Shown here: piece by piece, positions 1-12,575 of the stretch
Position numbering within the stretch: position 1 is the first letter of the stretch
Layout: the number at the start of each line of letters is the position of its first letter
Assembly: GCF_006345805.1 (NCBI RefSeq)
Contig: NC_043010.1
Coordinates: forward strand, 20,708,001-20,772,000
Source of the DNA: Octopus sinensis
Taxonomy: Eukaryota
Reading direction: 5' to 3'
DNA length: 64,000 bases
Program-made: the position numbers and the translations under genes
Notes under the pieces: model-generated
The model's input: the letters and a program-made list of their open reading frames with translations, nothing else
Database searches by the model: none
What the model was told of the DNA's origin: nothing

Positions 1-229
1 CCTTTACACTTCATATTGACATTTCTGTGATTACGATCCCTATTGATCAACTTTTTTTTCCTATCCCCCCCCTTTTTTTTTAAATCCTCCCCCTTTTTTG
101 TCCTCTTTCTTTCCTTTTACGATCCCTTTTGATCGAAAACTAACCCCCTTTTTTTTACCTCCAAAAGAAAAGCTCTACCTTGTAATTTGTTCTGTCTGTG
201 TGCAGCCGGGTGTGGCTAATAAAGAAACA

Positions 230-230
<1 letters not shown>
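1..230 (+). mobile_element. 3' end (3' UTR, AATAAA at 218-223) of a probable L1/Tx1-type LINE, running into (ATCT)n
   Basis: Pyrimidine-rich UTR-like sequence ending TGTGGCTAATAAAGAAAC directly before the microsatellite; the end resembles the tail of the SINE at 16803-17036. Family assignment is inference. Confidence 0.45.
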
Positions 231-270
<40 letters not shown>

Positions 271-313
271 GTATATGTATGTATGGATGCGTGTGTGTAT
301 GTATGTATGTATG

Positions 314-383
<70 letters not shown>

Positions 384-395
384 CCTACCTACTTA

Positions 396-434
<39 letters not shown>

Positions 435-575
435 CTCCCACCTCTCTCTCCCTCTCCCCGCTCTCTCTTTATCTATCTCCCTCCCTCCCACTCTCTCTCT
501 CTATCTATGGACACACACACGGACATATACACACACACACACGCACACACTCACATACATGCATCCATACATATA
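231..575. repeat. Compound microsatellite (ATCT)n/(ATGT)n/(CT)n/(CA)n
   Basis: Read directly; explains the ORFs at 98-852. Confidence 0.95.
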
Positions 576-792
576 TAGATCATATCTGGTTGTTTTTTGT
601 TTTGATAACCCAGTATTTGCTTCAATCATTAGACTGCAGCCATGCTGGGACATCGCCTCGAAGGGTTTTAGTGGAACGTATCAACGAGGGAGTCAGTTCT
701 TGGAGTCTGCTACATTTTATATCAATCTGTCATTTTCTCAACCGTTAAGTTACAAAGAGTCAAACAGGATCGCTAACACAAAGACACACACA

Positions 793-849
<57 letters not shown>

Positions 850-1010
850 TAATACATACATGCATACACACAGACACACAAACACACTCACACACATTTT
901 AGAATTGGAAAAAGAAAGGCTTTAAGGACAGTATTATATATTTCAAAAAATGAATTGAAATGCCAGTTCTGATAATTTTTCCACTTTAGTAATCAAATGT
1001 TTATAAATTA

Positions 1011-1422
1011 CTTGCAGTATCGCCCGGCGTTGCTCGGGTTTGTAAGGGAAATAACTATATAAGCATTTTTAGAGATGTAAAGCATAATAGCCATCTCAAT
1101 ATGGCTAACCACAAAGAGGGGGTGTTACTGTAGGTTTTTACGTTCTGAGATTTAATAATAAATTTTTAGAGAGTTACTTCCCTTATATATGCCAAAAATG
1201 CATTAATGGTAAAAATGGTAAAAATGGTAAAAATTGATGGTAATTCTTTTTTTAAATCGTAGACTCATCGTAGACGCGCGCTTAATACCCAGAAGGGCTC
1301 GATATGAATCACGACTATAAGATACCCGGTTTTGGTTAAACTGCACCGCAAAATGTGGGAGTAGTTAGGAATCTAAATCGTAGGAGACAGACAGCACACA
1401 ACCTCACTTTTATATATAAAGA
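1011..1422 (-). mobile_element. Non-autonomous Helitron-type element
   Basis: Minus strand begins A|TCTTTATATATAAAA and ends with the hairpin CCCGAGCAACGCCGGG, then CGATACTG-CAAG|T (CTAG-like terminus, A|T target). Confidence 0.7.
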
Positions 1423-1499
1423 TTACGTGTGATAATATAATTATTAAAGTGGAAGGATTATCAGAAATGCCATTTCTATTCAGTTTTTCAAATATACCT

Positions 1500-1551
<52 letters not shown>

Positions 1552-1699
1552 AAATGTCGAACGATGAAAACGAGTGCTCAATAGCGCATTGGTGGTTAGA
1601 ATTTTTTAGTTGCATATTAAAGCTACCATTGGTTTCATGTTAAGAAATATAGAAAATAATCTGAATATCTTAACATTTTTTCGAGCCAATCACATGGAG

Positions 1700-2181
1700 A
1701 AATGACGTTCGTCTCCATCTTTGATGAAAACACAAACTCTCGTTGAATTCAGGGAGGTTCTCGTAAAGAAAAATATAAATCAAGGAAGTGTTACTCTTGG
1801 AAGACATCTTCTGAGTGGTTATCTCCCTTGGATTTGGATTGAATATGTTTTCTATGATTTTATATTATATTCTGGGTATATGAGATGTTTGTATGCTTGT
1901 GTGCTGGGGTATATTTCTTCTGTGTGACGAGTTCGCGTGTTATGTATATTTAAATTTCACGTTCAAGAAAGGCACTAGCCGGGTGGTTGGTTCCTCTTTG
2001 AAGTGTTTAAGTGCGAAATATTGCTTGTGTATGCAAGAAAGGGAAGATGTCATCCCTAATATTTAGGATGTTAACTATTGACCGTAAGATATTTAGTTTT
2101 TCAGTGATACAGGGTTCACACTTGGTACACCGTCCTCTGTGTTTTCTTTGTTTAGCAATGATGTTCCATTTTATCTGGGGC

Positions 2182-2185
<4 letters not shown>
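1700..2185 (-). pseudogene. Very decayed remnant of a Penelope-like GIY-YIG endonuclease region
   Basis: Fragmentary minus-strand translation (C..RTVYQV..) resembles a PLE endonuclease start; many stops. Confidence 0.3.
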
Positions 2186-2238
<53 letters not shown>

Positions 2239-2285
2239 GTGTATGTATGTATGTATGTATGTATGTATGTATGTATGTATGTATG

Positions 2286-2349
<64 letters not shown>

Positions 2350-2351
2350 TC

Positions 2352-2598
2352 CATAAAAAATACAGTGCATTTAAACACATAAGAGATGACTATAATAGGA
2401 CATCTGACTCACTAGAAAGAGCAGTTAAACTCCAAACCACTAATAGTTGTAATTCTGAAAGGGTAATGTTTTTATTTCTCTTTCCCTTTCAGAATTACAA
2501 CTATTAGTGGTTTGGAGTTTAACTGCTCTCTCTAGTGAGTCAGATGTCCTATTATAGTCATCTCTTATGTGTTTAAATGCACACTGTATTTTTCTATG
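2352..2598. repeat. Fold-back hairpin, ~112-bp arms, 20-nt loop, directly after (TA)n
   Basis: 2352-2463 is the reverse complement of 2484-2598 with few mismatches. Confidence 0.92.
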
Positions 2599-2699
2599 AA
2601 TAATATATAGTCTATTGACTAATCTTTCCTTCTCGCTAGACCATTGGTAGCGGAGAATTTTTCTAAAACTTTTTTTGCTACCCTAAGATTTATATATAT

Positions 2700-2903
2700 G
2701 TGACCGCGTGTGTACCGTTGGCGATTTTTTTCCTCCGTCTTCTCTTCTCTGGATCTTTCCTTTTCCTATGTTTCTGACGAAGAGCTCCGCTCGAAACGTT
2801 AAACTCTCCTTCTTCCCTTCCTTCTGAGCGTCCAATATAATATATATTTGTTCCACGTCCTCGCGTTGTTGTGTTTTCTCTTTGTGTTTTCATGTTTGGA
2901 TTA
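2700..2903 (+). mobile_element. Short non-coding element with a minimal hammerhead motif (retrozyme/PLE-pLTR-like), flanked by (TA)n
   Basis: HHR motif at 2770-2804; its 3' part recurs inverted at 15665-15726 and 25249-25323, each beside (TA)n. Confidence 0.65.
2770..2804 (+). ncRNA. Minimal type I hammerhead ribozyme motif
   Basis: GTTT-CTGACGA-A-GAGC(tcc)GCTC-GAA-ACGT-T-AAAC: stem I GTTT/AAAC, stem II GAGC/GCTC, palindromic stem III ACGT. Confidence 0.7.
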
Positions 2904-2954
2904 CGTTTTATATATATAGTATGTATATATATATATATATTATATATAATATAT

Positions 2955-2987
<33 letters not shown>

Positions 2988-3291
2988 ATATATATATATA
3001 CATATATATTCTCTTTTATTCTTTATTTTATTCTTTTACTTGTTTCAATTATTTTGCTTGCAGCCATGCTGGAGCACTGCCATGAAGGGCTTTAGTCAAA
3101 CAAATCGACCCCAGGACTTATTTCTTAAGCTTAGTACTTATTCTATCGTTCTCTTTTGCCGCACCGCGAAGTTTCGGGAAAGTAAACACACTAACACAGG
3201 TTGTCAAACGGTGATGGGGACCAAACGCAGACACAAACGCACAAATACACACATATACACACAGATCTCATCTGTTGACTACACACACACA

Positions 3292-3343
<52 letters not shown>

Positions 3344-4349
3344 TATTAGAAATATTGAATTTCTAAATGTCTCAGAGAGACATGAGCGGTGGTGGAGCGA
3401 TATAGTTTCCTGTCGGCTTTGACACATTTTCTGTGTCCTTATATTTGCAAAGAGGAGGCAATCACCCCCACCGCTCATGTCTCTCCGAGACATTTAGAAA
3501 TTCAATATTTCTAATTTTGGTGATCAGTAAATAAATTTTACTGAAAATAGGATATATTTGCCGAGCGGTTGCAGTTATCTCAGCGAGCGAGACTGACTAC
3601 CCTGGACTGACAACGAGCAATACACTCAGAAACATATGTCTTCAGGTGGCAGGGGCGTGCACTCTCAGGTATGCAAGGTATGCGTTGCATGCCCTGTGAT
3701 TTTTTTATCCATATGATCGGAAAATTAGATAAAATAGTTACTTTGTTTCAAAGAAAATCCGTCCAGTTGTATTTTCTCCCCTTCTCTCTCAGTGACTCTA
3801 CTTCTGCTTTTAGAAGTCATGCATTGACAAGACCAGCATGTTAGACACTCCCCCCCTCTGTCTCAGTTTGTCCTTCCTTCTCTCTCTCTCACTCTTAGCG
3901 ACTTGTTTAAAAGACATGCTAAGGGGATAGGGCATTTGAATATTTTTACCCCTTCCTCTTTCTCTTAGTGGCTATGCTGTGGGAAGACCCCATGACCTCC
4001 CTCTCTGTCTCTTAGTTTGTCCCTCCTTCCTCTCTCTCTCTTAGTGAATTGATAAAACAGATGCTAGGAGGAAAGGTCGTTCATAATATTTTGTACCCCC
4101 TTCCACTTTCTCTCAGTGGCATGTCATGCTATGAGCTGACCGCATGATGCCCACTTTCTGTATCTTTCTGTTTTGTTGAAATTGACTTACAATTTACGAC
4201 GGCGCTTCCACGTGTGTTCGTATATAAGAACAGCCTTTTACGAAATGAGTGAAATGTGTTATAAACGATATTTTGAGAAATAGTTTTTCGAAAGGAGAAT
4301 TCGATGGAAAATAATTAATTATATCGGTGGGAGACCAACACCGAAAAGG

Positions 4350-5220
4350 GCTAATGCATTAGATAACATTGTTAAAAAAAAGATTTCCGAAGGCAACAGC
4401 CTCACGGCTTATTATTACCACAAAGGAAAATTATCATTTCATAATCAGCCTTTTTGAGCACATCATTGAAAATCCTGAAGCATGGGATGATACCACCATA
4501 AATTCAGCAATTGGATTCTTACAAACTTTAAAAGCTCCTGATTTCTTATTTTTGTTAGAAGTATTCAGTGAGATTTTTTCTTTTTTCATATTTAACATCC
4601 TCCAGAGTAAAAGTCATGACATAGTGTATTGTAAAGATCAAATAGATAAAACTAGAACTGTACTCGAAAACAAACTTGATAATTTTTCAATCTCTTTTAC
4701 TTGTTTCAGTCATTTGACTGCGGCCATGCTGGAGCACCGCCTTTAATCGAGCAACTCGACCCCGGGACTTATTCTATCGGGCCATTTTGCCGAACCGCTA
4801 AGTAACGGGGACATAAACACACCAGCATCGGTTGCCAAGCAATGCTAGGGGGACAAACACAGACGCACAAACACGCACACGCATATATATACATATATAC
4901 CACGGGCTTCTTTCAGTTTCCGTCTACCAAATCCACTCACAAGGCTTTGGTCGGCCCGAGACTATAGTAGAAGACCCTTGCCCAAGGTGCCACGCAGTGG
5001 AACTGAACCCGGGGAGAAAAATATGGAGTCGATGCAGGAATCGGAATTCAGAGATCCAAGAATATATCTATTGAGCCCCAACGACATTATAAAATGCTTT
5101 ATAACAAAATTATCAGTACAATAGTTGACCAAATAAAAGCACGATATTCATCCTTAGAAGAGTTTAAATTCATGGAACTTTCGAATTTCAACAAATTTGA
5201 TGAGTATTGCAAACAATTTT
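4350..5220 (+). pseudogene. hAT transposase C-terminal fragment interrupted by a SINE
   Basis: AIGFLQTLKAPDFLFLLEVFSEIF..FNILQSKSHD (4369-4690), then IVDQIKARYSSLEEFKFMEL after the SINE. Confidence 0.7.
4691..5012 (-). mobile_element. Composite tRNA-derived SINE (CORE-like head, internal microsatellite, 3' module)
   Basis: Same family as 35202-36000 and 39119-39517; B-box-like GGTTCAGTTCC and CCTTGGGCAAG on the minus strand. Confidence 0.85.
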
Positions 5221-5229
5221 AAAATCATG

Positions 5230-5481
5230 GGTACTATTTAAGAAAAGTGGTCCCGGTGCGCGCACCCGAGCATCCACGCCAGCTAGTCATGACTAGTCGA
5301 TCCTTACTTTGTGTTTTATTTACTTTGTTTAAAACATTATTTACTTTGTGTTTTTGTGTTTTATATATTTTGTTTAAAAAATTTATTTACTTTGCTAGAT
5401 AGTCGTAGGATCGACTAGTCACGACTAGCCAGCGCGGATGTGCGAGCGCGCGCAACGGGACCACTCTTCTTAAATAGTACC
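5230..5481. mobile_element. MITE with ~75-bp GC-rich terminal inverted repeats
   Basis: GGTACTATTTAAGAAAAGTGGTCCCG...GTCGATCCT (5230-5304) pairs with 5406-5481; AT-rich interior. Confidence 0.8.
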
Positions 5482-5830
5482 AGGGTGACGTTTTTTTTTT
5501 TCTTCTAGGTCATTGCATATGGGGTTGATTGCATATTCAGAATCTCCCATATGTAAATCGTAGGAATTCTAAAATTTCTTTTACTGAAAAATTGCCCCGG
5601 GGGGGGGGGGCAAAGAAATTCATTGCATGCCCAGCCCCGGAAGTCACCGCACGCCACTGTCAGGTGGTAATCCCAGCTGGCGGGGGTGATTGCCTCCCCT
5701 TTGCAAATATAAGGACACAGAAAATGTGTCAAAGCCGACAGGAAACGTCGATGTTTCCTAGGGCTAAATGGCGTTGGTGTAATTACCTTACGGGACTGTC
5801 ACGTTGAATTGACAGTATACACCCACCATA

Positions 5831-5861
<31 letters not shown>

Positions 5862-5914
5862 CGTACGCACACACAGATCTCATCTTTTGACTATATATAT
5901 ATATATATATATGT

Positions 5915-5948
<34 letters not shown>

Positions 5949-6211
5949 CATACACGCACACGCTCGCAAACACACACATACACACACACATATATGTACA
6001 TCCAACCCCTCGCCCATCTGTGTACATTTTCAGTATTACCATGAACTAACCTTCATAGCACAATGATTAATTCAACGTTTTATTCTCTCTGCCCTATTTT
6101 GCTCACACCATTTCCCTTTGACTTGGGTTTTATCCTCAGCCATCGGGCTGGATAATTCCCTCATGTCATGGAAGCTATAAAATTACAGAATTACATTTTA
6201 TGTGATATTTA

Positions 6212-6387
6212 TCTTCTTCTTCTTCTTCTTCTTCTTCTTCTTCTTCTTCTTCTTCTTCTTCTTCTTGTTCTTCTTCTTCTTCTTCTTCTTCTTCTTCTTC
6301 TTCTTCTTCTTCTTCTTCTTCTTCTTCTTCTTCTCTTCTTCTTCTTTTCTTCTTCTTCTTCTTCTTCTTCTTCTTCTTCTTCTTCTT
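6212..6387. repeat. (TTC)n microsatellite
   Basis: Read directly; explains the poly-L/F/E/K ORFs. Confidence 0.97.
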
Positions 6388-7547
6388 GGTTCGTCCGGTA
6401 TATCGTAATAAAAGGTTTAAATGAACCCCGTCACTACAAGTTTTTCTTTTTAATTGGAATCTGTGGGGATCGGTTGCAGTGGCAGCAGCCATTGGTCTAA
6501 TTCCCGTTCGAGTGGAGCAAAGTGTTTATCGAGGACATCACATGTGACATCTTCTCCAGTACCCAGCCTTGTTACTTTGGCCTTCAACCCAGAACCTGTT
6601 GTCCGCTGAATAGAAGAGCAGCAAGGATTAAGTACGACCCATTGCTGAACAGATCTCTTTTCATGCTGATCCTTGTTGGGATTTTTAGCGTCTTCTCTCT
6701 CGATTGTTGCTCTCATCCTCCAGACGGACGGTGTGGTCTTTGAGGAAAGATCCTCAATGGCTGCACTTAGCGGGGAGGTGGATGAAACTAATCGTTTAAT
6801 AGAAATGTAGAATTTATTTCAATAAACTCGACTTTTAGCAAACACACACACAATTGATATCTATCAATTAACATCAATATAAACCAGCAAAAGAGACCGA
6901 TAGAATAAGTACTAAGCTTAAGAAATAAGCCCTGGGGTCGATTTGCTCGACTAAAACCCTTCATGGCGGTGCCCCAGCATGGCTGCAAGCAAAATAATGA
7001 ATACAAGTAAAAGAATAAAAGAAAGAATAAAGAGAATATATATATATTTTAAAAAAATCTGAAGATTTAAAAATTATATTACGATTAATAAGTGGAATGA
7101 CCACTAAAGTGGATTCCTATACGCTAGAGATAGTTGACTTCCACTATGATAAGTTCTGTATTTTGAATATATGATAGACTTCACAATAAAAAAATCAGCC
7201 AGAAAAAATGAAAAAAGATTTACATCGCCTTAGCTAGGAAATATATCCACCGAATTAGCTAAAAAACATTATATTCCCTGATTATCCCCCTTGAGCAATA
7301 CTCTCCTGTATAGCTGCAAAATTGTAACATACCTGCTTCTACGCAAGATTAAATCAAAACTTTTATGATTTCATAACACTGAGTCATGATTAACGAAGTG
7401 AAACCAGGCGACTCTGTACATATTCTAATGGATTAAATAATCTTTATCTACGTAAACAAGGTTTCTGTGCTTTTATATATATCTTATACATACATTACAT
7501 ACATACATACATACATACATACACATATATATATATATATATATATA

Positions 7548-7634
7548 ACCCATACAGAATTGACAATGACATGCTTGTGTGTAAATACATGACTATAATT
7601 CATATAAGTACATATATACATAGATGTGTGTATA

Positions 7635-7678
<44 letters not shown>

Positions 7679-7777
7679 ATATATATACACACCACACACA
7701 TCTATGTATATATGTACTTATATGAATTATAGTCATGTATTTACACACAAGCATGTCATTGTCAATTCTGTATGGGT
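7548..7777. repeat. Palindrome with ~83-bp arms around (TA)n
   Basis: 7548-7630 is the reverse complement of 7695-7777. Confidence 0.92.
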
Positions 7778-8429
7778 ATATACCCATTTTCGTACGAGTA
7801 CATTATTCAAGTTAATATTTAGCATATTTTTACAGGTCCATTGATGTCTTGTAATTGTTGTCTGCAAGTTAACCGTATCGGTTCCGATTTTGTGGAACGT
7901 GTTCTTAAGATTTTTTCTGATACATTTCGTCAGATAACCAAATAACTCATTAACCATAGATATAAATCTAAAGTGTTACTCCGGCTGTTGTACCGCATAT
8001 TTCTCATTCAATCTTTGTTGATTTTTAACATTATATAAAAGAAAAAATAACATATTTGAAAGGTAACTGATCTCTATTAGTACGCTTCACTTTCTTTTCT
8101 CACGTCCAAATAATTATTTTGGGTGTGTTGTGCCTTCATTTTTTTAATGTGTTACCTCTCAAAAAATATATTCCTGGTCATCGTTTAGAATATGCACTTC
8201 AACGAACAGATTTCACCACGCTATTTGCCTTGCGTATGCAGACTTGATTCAAGGCTGCACTTAGACATTTGGCGGTTATTAGATGCCATCGATCGAATTA
8301 TGTTGCGCCATTCAAAAGCAAATTCGGTCAGTGTCAAGTTTCTGGTGGCGGTTTGTAGAGTTAAGGTTCTACCATCATCTGCCCGTGTCTCATCTAGCCT
8401 CAAGTGGAGTATCCACAAAATTCGTTAAA

Positions 8430-9062
8430 ATATTTTGGCACAAAGCCAGCAATTTCTGGGAAGACGGTAAGTCGATTTTATAGACTCCCTAGTGTTCAAC
8501 TGGTTATTTATTTTATCGACCCAGGAAAGATGAAGAGCGAAGTCAACCTCGGCGTAATTTGAACTCAGAACGTGACGACAGACGGAACGCCGCTAAGAAT
8601 TTTACCCAGCGTGCTAAAAATTCTTTTCTACTCTAGGCACAAAGCCCGAAATTTTGGGGTAGGGGCCAATCGATAAGATCGACCCCAGTACGCAAATGGT
8701 ACTTAGTTTATCGACCCTGAAAGGATGAAAGGCAAAATCGATTTCAGCGGAATTGAACTCAGAATCTAAAGACAGTCGAAACGCCGCGAAGCATTTTACC
8801 CGGCGTGCTAAAGATTCTGCCAGCCCGACGCCTTAAGAGAAGCCCTAATACTGATTTCAAATTTTAGTACAAGGCCAGCAATTTTGGAGGCGGTGGTAAG
8901 TCGATTACGTAGACCCCACCCCCACTAGCGTTTTTCGGGTACTTATTTTATCGACTCTGAAAGGATGAAAAGCTAATTCGACCTCAGCGGAATTTGAAAA
9001 GACGACAGAAATGCCGCTAAGCATTTTCTCGGTACCGTAACGATTCTACCAGCTCGCCGTTA
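8430..9062 (-). mobile_element. Cluster of three tRNA-derived SINEs with a Meta-like core (two nested)
   Basis: Repeated GAAAGGATGAAAGGCAAA..GAACTCAGAA..GTGCTAA..CTGCCAGC motif. Confidence 0.85.
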
Positions 9063-9725
9063 GATGTACAAATACCAGTTTTCAAAATAGTTCTGCGTTT
9101 AAGGAATAACGACAAAAATTAAGGTTACAACATGTTATGAAAAAGGTGTCACAACAAAGGCGAAACCAATACATTATTTGTAAGGCACTTTTATCGTTGA
9201 GATTCTTATGATTTAGTGGAGTTCAGGTCTATCTGGGCCAGCAGAATTACTGCTGCCTCCAGTCAAAACTCTCTTTGTATCTCAGACAAGAGTGTCCTTT
9301 TTTTTATGGCAAGACATTCTAAATATTTTCAACGCTGTATCAATTCATGTATAAAACGATAACGTATTTGTTCGTTTAACAATAAATAATGTTAATTCAT
9401 GTTAATTTATGTAGATTTTAACTTTTAATATCAGCAAAACAGCTTTTAAAAATCCACTCATATTGTTTCTTAACGCCAAAATCATTTAACATATTATGTA
9501 TGTATGTATGTATGTATGTATTATGTATGTATGTATGTATGTATGTATGTATGTATGTGTGTGTGTGTGTACATATATACATACATACATCCATGCGAGA
9601 GAGTGGATAAACGAAAGAGAAAAGGCACCCAACACATTTAATAGTAGTTATATATATTATGATTTAAAACAGTTTGGTTCGGCTCCATGCAGCTTAAAGT
9701 TTCGCAGGCTTTTAACTTCAACTTG

Positions 9726-9915
9726 AGCGGCGTGGTCCAGTGGTTAGGGGTGTTGGACTCATAATCGTAAGATTGTAGTATCGATCCCCAGATCGGTGAT
9801 GCGTAGTGTTCTTGAGCAAAACACTTCATTTCACGTTGCTCCAGTCCACTCAACTGGCAAAAGGGAGTTAATCCTGTGATGGACTGGCCCTTATGAGTCG
9901 GTATGACTCGAGAAG
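9726..9915 (+). mobile_element. tRNA-derived SINE, third family (also 33450-33660 + and 42535-42830 -)
   Basis: A/B-box-like head followed by CTTGAGCAAAACACTT..CACGTTGCTCCAGTCCACTC. Confidence 0.75.
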
Positions 9916-9967
9916 GTCTCTTTATTTTAAACTCCAAATCGCAAATAACTGAATCAATGTTTTAAAT

Positions 9968-10612
9968 CATATCCTCATCATCTTCATCATCACCATCATC
10001 GTCGTCGTCATCATCATCATCATTTGACGTGCGTTTTCCATGCTGGCATGGGTTAGACGGCTTGACAGGAACTGGTACTGCCTCAGGTTCCATAGTCTGT
10101 TTTTGGCTTGGTTTCTACGTCTGGGGTACCCTTCCTAACGTACAGACTACACTGGGTGCTTTTTATGTGGTACCTTAACGGGTGCTTTTTAAGTGGCACT
10201 CTAGTTCTAGGATATAAATTCTGTTTTGGTGGACAGGTCTTCTTAAGTACAACAATGCACCAGATATTTCGATCGCCTGCCACCTACATCGTAAGGTCCG
10301 CGTTTTGAGATTAGCTTTCAAACTTTCGTCTCATGTCTTCCTGGGTTTCCTGGGTTTCCCTCTTTTACAATTTCTTTCTACTTTAAGTGGTCGGCACCTC
10401 TTTATGCAACTCTCCTCATCCATCCGCATCGCATGACCAAACCAGCGCAGTTTCCTCTCTTGCACACTGCATACAATCCCCCTTTATGCTTAACTTCTCA
10501 CTCAATTTACCAATGCTCTGTCGCACATGCACACTGACATTGCACATCCAGCGGAACATACCAGCTTCTTTCCTCTCCTGCCTTCGCGTGTCCTCCGCAT
10601 TTAAGGTCCACA
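9968..10612 (-). mobile_element. 3' remnant of an RTE-type LINE with a (GAT)n tail
   Basis: Minus-strand peptide ERKEAGMFRWMCNVS..LSEKL, then RLRWFGH-like in a shifted frame; ends CCATGCCAGCATGGAAAACGCACGTCAAA(TGA)n. Confidence 0.75.
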
Positions 10613-10699
10613 TCTTAATATACATGTTTTTACACATACATCACAAATCTTCCCATCACTTGGGAATATATAAATAAATAAACATATATATAACATACG

Positions 10700-10928
10700 G
10701 TATGATTATAAACGGTAAATTTTAGCCATTTCTCCCCAGAATGAGAAAATGATGAACAACCTTAAACGATTTTCAAACCTTATTAGATTCTCATCAGAGG
10801 CGTCTACATCATTCTAACAGTCTCCAGAGAAACATGAAGCTAAACTGTTTATATACTCAACAAATGCAGCAGTTACTCTGTGAAGGAGTCCCTAATTTGC
10901 GTACCGAAAGTATTTAACACTATAAATA
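10700..10928 (-). mobile_element. Short HHR-bearing element, diverged inverted copy of 15822-16050
   Basis: Reverse complement aligns along its length; HHR CCT-CTGATGA-GAATC(taataa)GGTTT-GAA-AATCGTTT-A-AGG at 10800-10759. Confidence 0.75.
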
Positions 10929-11771
10929 CCAGCGGCCTGTCAACGGGGATCTAAGTCCACACAATATCAAGGTATGATATAATATATGTGTAATATATAG
11001 TACATACACGCACGCACACATACACTCACACACACACATACATACACAAATATATATCGAAATGAATCTCGTCTGGAGCTATACGCGCTGAGCTTTTCCT
11101 GTTTTCATTGAGGTCATTGAGAGTGCTAAAGTAAATCTGCCCGGCTTCAGGTTTTATTTGTAAAGTGTTGAAAGACGGCAGTTATGGTACACACTTCTTA
11201 AGTTTTTGTTTCAACCACGACTGCGTGTTTAAACAGTTCCCAACCAGGTGAGTCCGGTTCGAGACCAGTACACGGCATCTGGCCTAGTATTTTTTTTATT
11301 CGAAACGAAGTTAATGTACCAAAAACTGACAATGTACAGAGCTACGCCTTTTATGAAGAAGGAAGTGTATAGTTTCTTAAACTGACGCATAAATTCTCAA
11401 CATATGACTTGTACTTATTCAATTCCGGAACAAACTGAAACCCGGGAATTGAATGTCAGAAAACTTGACTAAATCGCACAAACTGTTTTGCGGATATGCC
11501 CTGATTTCTGAAACTGTAATAAATATTTCTGTGTAGACGAGTCAGCAAAGAATCTCTTTGTGGTTACTCGATTTGCTTGAACAGCAGCAGAGACAAACTT
11601 TCCTTCAAATTACACCGCACTCACTCAAAAATATAAAAACATAACAAAAGACACAGGTGACACAGGAAGGGCACCTTGAGTAGGTGTCTTCTATTATAGC
11701 TCCGGGCCGACTAAAGCCTTGTGAGTGGCTCTGATAAACGGAAAATGGAAACTGAAAGAAATCTGTCGTAT

Positions 11772-11888
<117 letters not shown>

Positions 11889-12087
11889 TATATACAAAAT
11901 AAGAAAATGGAGAATTTGACCTACCACACATGGCTAATATAAGTAAAATGAGACATACTTATCTGCAGGGCCGAAACAGCTGTAAGATGTAGTTTATATT
12001 TATATTTATATTTATTTATATTTATATTCTCTTATACATATTGTACTTATTGTATCATATTACTCCTTTATGTACACTCCTTTATGT

Positions 12088-12394
12088 ACACTGTTTTGTC
12101 ATATATTATTATGTTTGACCTTAAAGTTTCTTATGTGGTGGTTTAATAAAGTATGTGATTGGGTATTATCTGGTAGTTGATATTTGATTTCGATGTATTT
12201 CTCCATTTTCTTATTTTGTATTATGAATTTGTGGTAAAACACTTTACCTTTGCCCATATAATACAGTAAATGAATTAATTGCATCACAATTCTTAACATT
12301 TATGTATTAACTTTGTTGGGTACTTCACTGGCAGTATATTGGATATATGTTATCCCATGGAGGGTTGCATTTAGAACCCCTATCTCCTTTGCAA

Positions 12395-12441
<47 letters not shown>

Positions 12442-12504
12442 GCAAATTGAGATAGGGGTTCTAAATGCAACCCTCCATGGGATAACATATATCCAATATA
12501 TATA

Positions 12505-12575
<71 letters not shown>

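Larger units (their letters stand above)
3650..5659 (+). mobile_element. Internally deleted hAT (Tip100/ZMYM1-like) DNA transposon
   Basis: TIRs CAGGGGCGTGC / GCACGCCACTG; perfect 8-bp TSD TCAGGTGG at 3642-3649 and 5660-5667; transposase remnant inside. Confidence 0.88.
3404..5746. mobile_element. MITE-like host element with ~63-bp terminal inverted repeats, split by the hAT insertion
   Basis: 3405-3468 (GTTTCCTGTCGGCTTTGACAC...AATCACCCCC) is the reverse complement of 5682-5746. Confidence 0.65.
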
